A stretch of DNA of 64,000 bases from an uncultured Acidobacteriota bacterium (GTDB lineage: Bacteria; Acidobacteriota; Polarisedimenticolia; J045). The notes beneath the pieces were generated by a model. That model was given only the letters and a program-made list of their open reading frames with translations, had not been told where the DNA came from and did not search any database. This document shows, piece after piece, positions 20,670-29,757 of the stretch; the stretch's first letter is position 1, and every line of letters begins with the position of its first letter. Location: positions 1 to 64,000 of the forward strand of contig CAVPCQ010000030.1 in the NCBI GenBank assembly GCA_963702425.1, given 5' to 3'. The position numbers and the translations under genes were made by a program.

Positions 20670-21625
20670 CGGTCCGCGATCGCGAACCGGAAGTAGCGCG
20701 ACGGGATCGCCAGCCCCAGCTCGTCGCGCAGCCACTGCGAGGCCGCGACGATCCCCTCGAGGCCGACGCCGGTCCCGATTCCCAGCCGGTCGAGCAGGTA
20801 GAGCAGGTCCTCCGTCGCCAGGTTCCCCGCAGCGCCCGGCGCGTAGGGGCAGCCGCCGATCCCGCCGGTCGAAGCGTCGAGCGTCGCGACCCCCTCTTCC
20901 AGCGCGGTGAGCGCGTGAACGAGGCCGGTGCCGCGCGTGTCGTGCAGGTGGAACGCGACGCGCTCGGCGCCGAAGGTGTCCAGCGCGCGGCGCGCGGCGC
21001 GGCGGATCTGGTCCGGCTCGGCCATCCCCGTCGTGTCACCGAGCGCCACCTGGGCGACGCCCATCTCGAGGTACTCCTCCGCCAGCCGCAGCACGCGGTC
21101 GAGCGGGACATCCCCCTCGTAGGGGCAGCCGAAGGCGACTGACACGTAGCCGCGCAGCGTCGCGCCGGCCGCCAGCGCGCGGGCCGCGACGCGCCGGTTC
21201 TCGGCCCGCACGCGGTCCACCGAGCGGTTGATGTTCTTGCGGCTGTGGGTCTCGCTGGCCGAGGCCAGCAGCCCCAGGTGCGCGGCGCCCGCGGCCAGCG
21301 CGCGGTCGAGGCCGCGCTCGTTCGGGACCAGCGCCCAGTAGCGGACCCCGTCGCGCGCGGGGAGGCGCCGCACCAGCTCGTCGGCGTCGGCCATCTGCGG
21401 CACCCACTTCGGGTGCACGAAAGCGCCGACCTCGATATCGGAGAGCCCGGCCGCGATCAGCTGCTCGACGAAGCGCAGCTTCTGCTCGAGCGGGACCAGC
21501 AGCGCCTCGTTCTGCAGTCCGTCGCGCGGTCCGACCTCGAACAACCGGACGGCGCCGGGTCGCCGGGCGACGGCGGGGCCGGGGTTCGCGGGGTGCGCCC
21601 CGCCCGCGCCGCCCGCCCTGCTCAC
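20666..21625 (-). CDS. Hydroxymethylglutaryl-CoA lyase
   Basis: EVGPRDGLQNE, AFGCPYEG, HLHDTRG and GGCPYAPGAAGNLATEDL motifs. The GTG start overlaps the upstream stop. Confidence 0.93.
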   Translation of the reverse strand: MSRAGGAGGAHPANPGPAVARRPGAVRLFEVGPRDGLQNEALLVPLEQKLRFVEQLIAAGLSDIEVGAFVHPKWVPQMADADELVRRLPARDGVRYWALVPNERGLDRALAAGAAHLGLLASASETHSRKNINRSVDRVRAENRRVAARALAAGATLRGYVSVAFGCPYEGDVPLDRVLRLAEEYLEMGVAQVALGDTTGMAEPDQIRRAARRALDTFGAERVAFHLHDTRGTGLVHALTALEEGVATLDASTGGIGGCPYAPGAAGNLATEDLLYLLDRLGIGTGVGLEGIVAASQWLRDELGLAIPSRYFRFAIADR

Positions 21626-22563
21626 GGCGCCCCCGGCGCGGCCAGTCCGCGCTGGAAGGCGCGAATGCTCTCCAGCAGCAGCTGGTCCTGCTCGTAGATG
21701 TCGTAGATCCCGGGTTCCAGGACCTGCGCTACTCCATTGCCGCTCGCGGTGGGGACCTGTGCCGCCGCCCACAGTTCACCGGCTGTGCCGCTGACGAAGA
21801 TCGGCGCGGCGCGGTAGACGTAGACGCCGAGCGAGTTGCGCGCGATCAGCGTGACCGGGCCGGTGGTCACGACGTTGACCCGCCCGCCCCCTTCGAGCAG
21901 GCCGTCGGCCGGGTTCCCGGCGAGCAGGCGAGGTGTCTTCTCCTGGGACATCAGCCAGACCAGGTGCGCCCCCTCGACCGCGAAGCGGAAGCTGACCTCG
22001 CCCCCGCGCGGCAGCATGACCGGCTGCAGCGACCAGTCGGTGATCCGGAGCGTCCCGGTCTCCTCGGTCAGTGTGCGCAGCACGACCTCGCGCCGGTCGT
22101 CGGCCGGGACCTTGTCCCAGGCCGCGAAGCCGGGAACGTTGCGCGCCAGCTCGGCCTCGAGGATCGCCCCCTCCAGCGCCGGGTCCTTCGGGTCGATCCA
22201 GACCTCGCACAGCGCCACCCGCGCCGCGGGCAACCCCTCGTCGCCGCGGCAGGTCCCGACCGCCTGCCCGCCGCGGTGGAGCCTGACGTCGAGCCGGAAC
22301 GGCGAGGCCAGGTCGTGCGCCGACTCGTTCTCGATCAGCGCCCGCACCAGGACCCGGCGCTCGTCGCGCGACACCAGGACCTGATAGGCCTTCAGTTCGA
22401 TGATCCCGAGGTTGGGCGGGACGCTCCCGGCGGGCATCCGCAGCTCCAGCGCCGGGGAGTCGAGGAGCGGCGATTCGGGCTCGTCCGAACCGGGTGAGCA
22501 GCCGCCCGCGAGCGACGCGAGCAGCGCGGCGGCAGCCAACGCGGGCGAGAGGGGCGTGCGCAC
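21622..22563 (-). CDS. Hypothetical lipoprotein (CARDB/Ig-like beta domains)
   Basis: Lipobox-like LASLAGGC after a hydrophobic leader; coding-like composition in the 3' part of the 21622..23595 frame. Confidence 0.6.
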   Translation of the reverse strand: MRTPLSPALAAAALLASLAGGCSPGSDEPESPLLDSPALELRMPAGSVPPNLGIIELKAYQVLVSRDERRVLVRALIENESAHDLASPFRLDVRLHRGGQAVGTCRGDEGLPAARVALCEVWIDPKDPALEGAILEAELARNVPGFAAWDKVPADDRREVVLRTLTEETGTLRITDWSLQPVMLPRGGEVSFRFAVEGAHLVWLMSQEKTPRLLAGNPADGLLEGGGRVNVVTTGPVTLIARNSLGVYVYRAAPIFVSGTAGELWAAAQVPTASGNGVAQVLEPGIYDIYEQDQLLLESIRAFQRGLAAPGAP

Positions 22564-22571
22564 CGGGTGAC

Positions 22572-22595
22572 TATAATCCGGCTTTCGGAGGAGAG
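22572..22595 (+). promoter_or_regulatory. Candidate -10 box (TATAAT) and RBS (GGAGGAG) for the dehydrogenase gene
   Basis: Perfect TATAAT at 22572-22577 in the short divergent intergenic gap; no clear -35. Confidence 0.45.
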
Positions 22596-22599
22596 CCCG

Positions 22600-23649
22600 A
22601 TGGCGGCCGCGACGGCGATGCGCGCGTACCGGATCCACGAGCACGGCGGCCCCGAGGTGCTGCGGATCGAAGAGCTCCCCCTCCCCGAGCCTGGCCCGGG
22701 TGAGGTCCGGCTGCGGCTCGAGGCGATGGCGCTCAATCACCTCGATATCTGGGTCCGGCGCGGGATCCCCGGTGTGCGCTTCCCGTTGCCGATCGTCCCC
22801 GGTTGCGACGGCTCGGGGCGGATCGACGTGCTGGGAGACGGGGTGGCCGGGCCGCTGCCGGGGACGCGGGTCTTCGTGATGCCGGGCGTCTCGTGTATGC
22901 GCTGCGAAGCCTGCCTGGCCGGCCGGGACAACCTCTGCCCCAGCTACGCGATCCTCGGCGAGGCGCGCAACGGGACCGCGACCGAGTTCCTCGTGCTGCC
23001 GGCGACGAGCGTCTGGCCGCTGGCCGACGCGCTCGACCTCGAGAGCGGCGCGTCGTTCGCGCTGACCTTCCTCACCGCGTGGCACATGCTGGTCCACAAG
23101 GCGCGCGTCGAGCCCGGGATGCGGGTGCTGGTCCACGCCGCGGCGTCGGGGGTCTCGGTGGCGGCGATCCAGGTCGCGCGCCTCCACGGGGCACGCGTCG
23201 TCGCCACCGCGGGGACGCCGGAGAAGCGCGCCCTCGCGCTCACGCTGGGGGCCGAGGAGGCGTTCGATTCGAAGGACCCGGGGTGGGTGAAGAAAACCCG
23301 CGAGTGGGCCGGCCCGCGCGGGATCCAGATCGTCGCCGACCACGTCGGGCAGGAGACCCTCCCGGGCTCGCTGCAGACGCTGGGCAAGGGGGGCCGCTAC
23401 GTCTTCGTCGGGGCCTCGTCGGGCTTCGAGCTGAAGGCCGACTTCCGGCCGCTCTTCTTCAGGAACCTCGAGATCCTGGGCTCGACGATGGGCCGCCGCG
23501 CCGACCTGGTGACGATCGTGCAGCTGATCGGGGCGGGACGGCTGAAGGTGGTCGTCGACTCGGTCTTCCCGTTCGAGGAGCTGGCCGCCGCGCACCGGAA
23601 GCTGGAGGAGCGGCAGGCGCTGGGGAAGGTCGTGGTGCGGATCCGGTAG
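22600..23649 (+). CDS. Zinc-binding MDR alcohol dehydrogenase / quinone oxidoreductase-like protein
   Basis: GGPEVL, ALNHLD, PGCDGSG, structural Zn site CMRCEAC...C and AASGV nucleotide-binding motifs. Confidence 0.9.
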   Translation: MAAATAMRAYRIHEHGGPEVLRIEELPLPEPGPGEVRLRLEAMALNHLDIWVRRGIPGVRFPLPIVPGCDGSGRIDVLGDGVAGPLPGTRVFVMPGVSCMRCEACLAGRDNLCPSYAILGEARNGTATEFLVLPATSVWPLADALDLESGASFALTFLTAWHMLVHKARVEPGMRVLVHAAASGVSVAAIQVARLHGARVVATAGTPEKRALALTLGAEEAFDSKDPGWVKKTREWAGPRGIQIVADHVGQETLPGSLQTLGKGGRYVFVGASSGFELKADFRPLFFRNLEILGSTMGRRADLVTIVQLIGAGRLKVVVDSVFPFEELAAAHRKLEERQALGKVVVRIR

Positions 23650-23674
23650 CGAGACCGGCTTCCGTGCCGGCCCG
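23646..23674 (+). repeat. GTAG-type REP element (variant)
   Basis: GTAGCGAGACCGGCTTCCGTGCCGGCCCG; its TAG is the stop codon of the dehydrogenase gene. Confidence 0.6.
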
Positions 23675-23733
23675 AATGGGCGCAGGGAACGCGTGGACAG
23701 CTCGGAGCCCGCACCGCGCAGGATGTTCCATTC

Positions 23734-24315
23734 TCATGGAAGCGCCTCGATCTCCTCCGCGATTCGATGGAAAGCAACGGCACGCACTCCTTCCCGGAGA
23801 GGGAAACTGTGTGCTCCAGCATGCACGAGATCGATGCTCGGGAGCCCGAGCGCTTCTCGCGCGGCGTGCATCGAACGCGTCGTCGACGGCAACGTGGTGC
23901 GCTTGATCTCGAAGTCGCGGCGGACTGATCCGCGGACGATGAGCAGGTCCAGTTCCGCGCCGGTGGGCTTGCCCCAGAAGTAGCACTCCTCGGGCCTTGC
24001 CTCGAGGCGCGTGACGAGTTCTTTCACGACGAACCCCTCCCACGAGGCGCCGACCTTCGGGTGCGCGTCCAAGTCGCCCGGCGTCTCGATCCCGAGCAGG
24101 GTGTGCAGCAGGCCGGTGTCGCCGAGGTACACCTTCGGCGCCTTGACTTGTCGCTTGCCGACGTTCTCATACCAGGGCGGGAGCAGCCGCACGACGAGCG
24201 CTCCTTCCAGCAAGTCGAGATAGCGCCGCACCGTCGAGCCCGCAACGCCGAGCGCGCCCCAGCTCAGAGGCGTTCCAGACCTGTGCGTGCTGGTGAGCGA
24301 GCATCCGCCAGAAGC
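23734..24315 (-). pseudogene. 3' remnant of AAA+ ATPase with DUF4143 domain
   Basis: WRMLAHQHAQVWNASELGRA, a frameshift, then LGVAGSTVRRYLDLLEG...KRQVKAPKVYLGDTGLLH...GASWEGFV...ELDLL...FEIK. The N-terminal P-loop half is missing. Confidence 0.8.
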
Positions 24316-24416
24316 ATTGTTCACGATTGCCCGAAATGATCCAAGCTCGGAAAGACGGGCCGCGGCCTCGCCCTGCGGCCGCGACGCCAACGGAAACGCG
24401 TCCGCCTCCTCGCTCC

Positions 24417-25403
24417 TCAGTCGCGCTCGAAGAAGCCGACGCGGGCGTACTCACTGACGCCGCACTTCCCCCGTTCGCCCCCGGCCCTCCAGGTGTAGAC
24501 CAGCCCCCCGTCCTTGACCCGCTTGAACTCGACGACGACGTTCGACGGGCGGGTGTTCGTGCGCTTCGCCGTTTCCTCCCGGCACTTCTGTGCGCCGCGC
24601 GAGATCTGGTCCTGGCTCGGGCGGCCGGAGTCGTACCAGTCGTAGGAGTTGCCGCGGCCCTGCAGGGCGATGAACTCGCCGGTCCGCGCGTTCAGCTCGC
24701 AGGCCCCGCGCTCGCCGGCGCCTCGCCAGTCGATGAACATCGTGCCTCCCGCGTACTCGGGATGCGACAGGTTGATGTCCTGGCGCGACACGCCGACGCG
24801 CCGCTCGACCTCACGGCGGCAGGTGTCCTCCGGGCTGCGCTGCCAGCTCGGCTTCGGACTCGAGGCGTTTCCCCAGCCCCAGTCGTTGAACTCGACGACG
24901 CGGCCCCGGTCGTTGGCGATGCAGTTGCCGCGCTTCCGGTCCGCGCGCCAGACGAACTCGCTGTTGGCGTTCCGGCCGTCGTCGTACTCGAGCCGGACGT
25001 CCTGCGAGCGGACGGAGAGGCGCCGCGCGACCTCGGAGCGACAGGCCTCCGACGCGCTGCGGTGGGTGCCGTAGTCGTTGTCCCAGGAACCTCCGCCCGA
25101 CTTCTTCACCCCGCTGATGCGGCTGCTCTCCCGCTCCTTCTTGCCCACCGTGTGCTTCAGGGCGCACTCGGTCGTCTTGGTGCGGTACACGTACGCCTGG
25201 CACCGCCGGTCCTCGCGGCAGGCGTCCACGCAGTTGTCGAGGTGACCGGCGCGGAAGGTGCGGTAGTCGCCTCCCGGCCGCTTCCAACCCCATTCCTCGG
25301 TCATCTCCTGCGCATCCGCGATGCCGATCCCGGCCGCGAGCAGCATGGAAGTCGCGATCAGCGGGCGCGCGAGCCAGCAGGCTGTCTTAACGGGCATCTT
25401 CAC
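24417..25403 (-). CDS. Secreted PAN/apple-domain protein with three Cys-containing repeats
   Basis: Signal peptide; RPGGDY...C..AC..D.RC.AY.Y....C.LK (PAN_4-like); three repeats of CR.E...R......V......WR....G.C...... Confidence 0.7.
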   Translation of the reverse strand: MKMPVKTACWLARPLIATSMLLAAGIGIADAQEMTEEWGWKRPGGDYRTFRAGHLDNCVDACREDRRCQAYVYRTKTTECALKHTVGKKERESSRISGVKKSGGGSWDNDYGTHRSASEACRSEVARRLSVRSQDVRLEYDDGRNANSEFVWRADRKRGNCIANDRGRVVEFNDWGWGNASSPKPSWQRSPEDTCRREVERRVGVSRQDINLSHPEYAGGTMFIDWRGAGERGACELNARTGEFIALQGRGNSYDWYDSGRPSQDQISRGAQKCREETAKRTNTRPSNVVVEFKRVKDGGLVYTWRAGGERGKCGVSEYARVGFFERD

Positions 25404-25478
25404 TCTCCTCCTGAGGACCGGGCGGGCGGGAGAATACGGGACGTCTACGGACGCGGCAAGAGGCGGACGACGGCCTCC

Positions 25479-26162
25479 TCACCCCACCAGCATGACCAAC
25501 GCGACGCCGACCGCGGCGACCAGGCAGAAAAACGTCGCCTTGACGACGCTCCAGGCGGTCACGAGGAACGCTCGGCCCGTTCCGACGCCGAGTTGTCGGC
25601 GGAACCACGCGGTCTCGGCCCAGAAGTACCAAGCGGTTCCCGCCACCGCGAGCGCTGCGGCAGCCGCATGCGCCGCGGCTGACGACATCCGCGCCAGGTT
25701 CCCGGCCAGGGAGAGGGCGAGCACGAAGGGCGCCGCCAGGAAGCACTGGCTGAAGAACGGGCCACGCAGCGACTTTCGATCGAGGGCGAGCTTCCTGCGT
25801 CCGATGAGAGTCGTGGCCGCCACGAGGGGGAAGATGCTGAACAGGATCGCCCGCAGCATCAAGAGCCCCTGCGCCGAGCCGAGCAGCGCCTTCCCGATTT
25901 CGGATCCCGTCTCCGGCATCCTCAGACCCGTGCCGAGTTCGAACCCGTGCGCGATCAGGAGCGTGAGCATCAGCAGCAGCGGCGGGCTCAGCGAGTCGGT
26001 GTACTGCTCGGCCGCGGCGTCGCCCAGCTCGTGCTCCGAGTAGCGCGTCGCGGCCTCCGGGTGGATCACGATACGCGCCATCGTCCGGGGGGAGAAGACG
26101 AGCCAGGTCATGACCTCGTAGAGCAGCTCCTCGAGCGAGCGGATGACCTTGAGGAAGTCCAT
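25479..26162 (-). CDS. Conserved membrane protein (permease-like)
   Basis: MDFLKVIRSLEELLYEVMTWLVF, YTDSLSPPLLL and LRGPFFSQCF; about 5 TM segments. Confidence 0.7.
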   Translation of the reverse strand: MDFLKVIRSLEELLYEVMTWLVFSPRTMARIVIHPEAATRYSEHELGDAAAEQYTDSLSPPLLLMLTLLIAHGFELGTGLRMPETGSEIGKALLGSAQGLLMLRAILFSIFPLVAATTLIGRRKLALDRKSLRGPFFSQCFLAAPFVLALSLAGNLARMSSAAAHAAAAALAVAGTAWYFWAETAWFRRQLGVGTGRAFLVTAWSVVKATFFCLVAAVGVALVMLVG

Positions 26163-26403
26163 CGAGCCGTCCTTGCCCGGCCGTTCGAAGGAGCACAGCA
26201 GGGGCGCCGGGCCGGCCAAGGTAACACCGCGACGCGGCGAGCGGAGACCGGCCGCGGCAGGGTCGGACTCCGGAGCCAGGGCTAGCGCTCCGGCGGGGCA
26301 TGCCGCTCGAGGGTCGCGGCGCGCGCATGAGCAGTGGTTAGAGCGGCGCTCGCCCAGCGGCACGGGCGGACAGGGTCTTCATTCCAGGGAGAACACGCAC
26401 GCC

Positions 26404-26700
26404 ATGCGCACAACCGTATCCGTCCTCGTCGTCGCCCTCTTCGCCTTCCTCCCTCGCCCCGCTGCCCCGGAGAAGGTCCCGACCAAGTCCAGCTCCGCGA
26501 TGGGGGTCGCCCGGACCGCGCCGCCGACCGAGCCGAAGCCCGGCGAGTACTTCTGGTACCCCGAGGCCTCGCCGGAGGGGCGATCGTGATGGTCCCGGGA
26601 ACGACGATGGTCGTCACCCCGACTGCAGCCACCGCGGAGACGACGACTCCCGCCGGCTTCACGGTCGTGGAAGCGGCGCAGGAGAAGAAGAAAGCGGGGT
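26404..26700 (+). pseudogene. Internally deleted L,D-transpeptidase-family gene
   Basis: Signal peptide and KPGEYFWYPEASPEG(P)IVMV are joined directly to PGTTMVVT...ETTT..GFTV. These resemble the two termini of a known L,D-transpeptidase subfamily (from memory). No YkuD catalytic core. Confidence 0.55.
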
Positions 26701-26878
26701 GGCCGCGGCGGGATCCCGCGCTCGACGGCGCGGCCCGCCCGAGGAATGTCGTGCGATGAAGTCCGCGACGTTGGGAGTCGTTTTGATGTTCGTCGGCGAC
26801 ACCGGTGCCGACTTCGACCGCACGCTCTCTGGCGACGCCTGGCCTTCGACGGCCAGACCGAATCGCGCCCCGGACACT

Positions 26879-27311
26879 TCAGCGCCTGTAGTCGCCGTCG
26901 GGGGCGTTGGCGATCGACTCGACCCGGCGCTCGGCGTTCAAGTGGACCATCACGCAGCGTCCGCTCGACGCCTTGCGCCAGGAACTCCAGACCTCGTCCC
27001 CGGAGACGCTGTCCATGACGTGCTCGTGGCGGCGCCGACTGAGCTCGTCGTCGACCTCTCCGCCGACCTCGGGTCCGAGGACGAGGTCACGCAGGTCCTG
27101 CGGCGTATCCACCCCGCCCTGCGATTCCGACTGGCCCTGGTTGCTGGCGCTGGCGCTGCCGAAAGATGCAGGGACTGGATGCTCCCGCCGCCGTTTCGCC
27201 GCCCTTGCGGAGCTGGCAGGTCGCCTCGGCGGTGTCCGCTGTCGCGGTCGGGATCGAGGCGGACATCGCCAGGATCAGGGAGGAGATCGAGAAGATCGTT
27301 GCCGTAATCAT
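26879..27311 (-). pseudogene. Fragmented small secreted protein
   Basis: Signal-peptide ORF 27087..27311 (ADTAEATCQL...PCIFRQRQ) overlaps DTPQDLRDLV...WSSWRKASSGRCVMV...ESIANAPDGD in another frame; RBS GGAGG upstream. Confidence 0.4.
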
Positions 27312-27419
27312 GGAGCCTCCCTGGGGCTTACCGGTGATTTGTCGCGGACGTCCACGGTGATGGGAAGCGCCAGATTCTCAGATCGATCCGCCGGGCTGTT
27401 CAATCAGCGCGGACTGCTT

Positions 27420-27494
27420 GCAGGGGCCGCCCTCTGTGGCGGACCGCTACCGACGTGCCGCGTGATGCGGGCCGGCACGGAGGCCGGCCCCTAC
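27420..27494. repeat. REP doublet (REPIN-like inverted pair)
   Basis: GCAGGGGCCGCCCTCTGTGGCGGACCG ... CGGGCCGGCACGGAGGCCGGCCCCTAC; the right copy provides the dgt stop codon. Confidence 0.8.
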
Positions 27495-28655
27495 GGCCGC
27501 GTCGCGAACGGAAACGCGTCCGGTCCCGGCCCGCCGCACAGGCGGCGGTGCTCCTGCAGCGCGAAGCGGTCGGTCATGCCCGCCAGGTAGTCGCTCGCAG
27601 CGCGCGCCGCGCCTTCCGCCTCGGCCAGCGCGGCGAAGCGCTCCGGCATCTCGGCCGGACGCGCGGCGTAGGCCCCGAACAGGTCCCGCAGCACGTCGGC
27701 CAGGTGGCGCTTCGTCTCGAGGATGCGCGGGTGACGGTAGAGGTGCTCGTGCAGGTAGTGCTTCAGCACGCGGTTCTCGGCAGCGACGGGCGGCGAGAGC
27801 GCGGCCAGCCCGCGGGCCTGCGCCCGGACGTCGTCCACCGAGTGCAACCCGCGCGCCGTCAACTCGGTCCGCGTGGTGTCGACGAGATCGCTCACCAGGG
27901 TGTCGATCACCCCGCGCAGCGCGATCTTGACCCACATCCGCTCGCCCTGTGCCGGCCAGCGCCGCGCTGCGCCCGTGTAGACCCGGCCGAACAGCGGCAC
28001 CGTGCGGACCAGGTCGTCGACGTCGAGCAGCCGCGACTCCAGCCCGTCGTCGATGTCGTGATGGTTGTAGGCGATCTCGTCGACGAGGTCGATCATCTGC
28101 GCCTCGACCGGCGGGGGCACGACGCGGGTCGTACTCCGCCGCCTCGGGGAAGCGCGCCAGGTCCGGCGTGCCGCTGTGCTTGGCGATCCCTTCGCGCACC
28201 TCCCAGGTCAGGTTGAGCCCCGGGAAGTCGGGGTAGCGCTGCTCGAGGATCTCGACGATCCGCAGCGTCTGACGGTTGTGCGAGAACCCTCCCAGCGCGC
28301 GCAGCAGCGGGTCGAGCACCTCCTCGCCGAGGTGCCCGAACGGGGTGTGGCCGAGGTCGTGCGACAGCGCCAGCGACTCGGCCAGGTCGGCATTGAGCCC
28401 GAGCGCTCGTGCCACCGTGCGGGCGATCTGCGCGACCTCGATCGAGTGGGTCAGGCGCGTGCGGTAGTGGTCGCCCTCGTGGTTGACGAAGACCTGCGTC
28501 TTGTACTCGAGGCGGCGGAAGGCGCGGCAGTGGATGATCCGGTCGCGGTCGCGGGCGTAGACCGGACGGTATCCGTGTTCCGGCTCGTCGTGGCGCCGGC
28601 CCCGCGTCCGCGCGTCGGGCTGCGCCCAGGGGGCGAGCGCCGGGGCCTCTCCCAT
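27491..28655 (-). CDS. dgt: Deoxyguanosinetriphosphate triphosphohydrolase (dGTPase-like HD protein); frameshift at ~28120
   Basis: [56 protein letters not shown] and [11 protein letters not shown] motifs. Confidence 0.92.
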
Positions 28656-28656
28656 C

Positions 28657-28920
28657 TCAGCGCTTCTTGTACCAGTCGGCGTTGATCGCCGTGAAGTTCT
28701 TCCACTTCTCGGGGACGAACTCCTCCTCGAAGATCGCGTCCACCGGGCACTCCGGCTCGCAGGCGCCGCAGTCGATGCAGGTCTCGGGGTCGATGTAGAG
28801 CTGGCTCTCGGCCGCGAACTCGGGCTCGTCCTTGGTCGGGTGGATGCACTCGACGGGGCAGACCGCGACGCAGGAGGCATCCTTCACGGTGATGCACGGC
28901 TGGGTGATCACGTAGGTCAT
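28657..28920 (-). CDS. fdxA: Ferredoxin (FdxA-type, 3Fe-4S/4Fe-4S)
   Basis: MTYVITQPC...[11 protein letters not shown]...[24 protein letters not shown]. Confidence 0.93.
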   Translation of the reverse strand: MTYVITQPCITVKDASCVAVCPVECIHPTKDEPEFAAESQLYIDPETCIDCGACEPECPVDAIFEEEFVPEKWKNFTAINADWYKKR

Positions 28921-28989
28921 GGAGTCCTCGTCCCGGGGGCCGGCCGGCCGGGCCCGGCCACGCGGGGAGCGGGCATGTTGCCCCCGCGG

Positions 28990-29730
28990 TCAGGGCTTGG
29001 CAAGCGAGTCTTCGTCGGGCCGGAGATTGACCTCGTAGCGCAGGTACAGCTCGTCGCCGACGCGCTCGGACTCGAGCAGCGTCAGCCGCCGCCGGTCGGC
29101 GAAGGCCCAGCCCTCGCCCTCGACCGGGGTCGGCGCGTCCCTGCCGCCGAGCAGCGCCGGAACCAGCGTCAGGCGCAGCTCGTCGAGCAGCCCGGCCGCG
29201 AGGAACGCCGCGACGACGTCGCCCCCCCCTTCGACCACGATCAGCCGCGCCCCGTCCTCGTGCAGCGCGGCCACCAGCGCGTGCAGGTCCACCGCTCCCG
29301 CGCCGGCGCGCAGCACGCGCACCCCGCCGCTCGCCGCGAGCGCTTCGTACGGTGCGGTCGCGAAGGGGTCGAGATCCGCGGGAACGGCCAGGATCTTCTG
29401 CGGCGCGTCCCCGCCGAGGAAACGCGCATTGAGCGGGATGTCGGCGGTGCGGCTGAGCACGACCGGGATCGGGTGCGCCGGGCGTCCCTCGCCGAGCCGC
29501 TGGTGGCGACGCCCCGGATCGCGCACCCCCATCGGCGGATCCTCGGCCCGGATCGTCGCGGCGCCGACGACGACCGCGTCGGCCTCGGCGCGCAGCTCGT
29601 CGACCCGATCGCGGTCGAGTCGCGAGCCGAGGCCCCGCCCCTCGCGGTAGGCGCTGTCGATCTTGCCGTCGGCGCTCATCGCGAGGTTGGCGACGATCCG
29701 GGGGCGAAGGCTCGATTCGTGGCTGCGCAC
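28990..29730 (-). CDS. RibD C-terminal / pyrimidine reductase (DHFR-fold) family protein
   Basis: AMSADGKI, LRAEADAVVVGAATIRAEDP, VEGGG and LLDELRLT motifs. Confidence 0.88.
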   Translation of the reverse strand: MRSHESSLRPRIVANLAMSADGKIDSAYREGRGLGSRLDRDRVDELRAEADAVVVGAATIRAEDPPMGVRDPGRRHQRLGEGRPAHPIPVVLSRTADIPLNARFLGGDAPQKILAVPADLDPFATAPYEALAASGGVRVLRAGAGAVDLHALVAALHEDGARLIVVEGGGDVVAAFLAAGLLDELRLTLVPALLGGRDAPTPVEGEGWAFADRRRLTLLESERVGDELYLRYEVNLRPDEDSLAKP

Positions 29731-29757
29731 CGGGCGATTCTAGGCTGCCCGGGCGGC

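Noticed and set aside
27491-28655. dGTPase as an anti-phage defence gene
   Set aside because: It is the short housekeeping type, in an operon with ferredoxin and a RibD-like gene, and not in a defence island.
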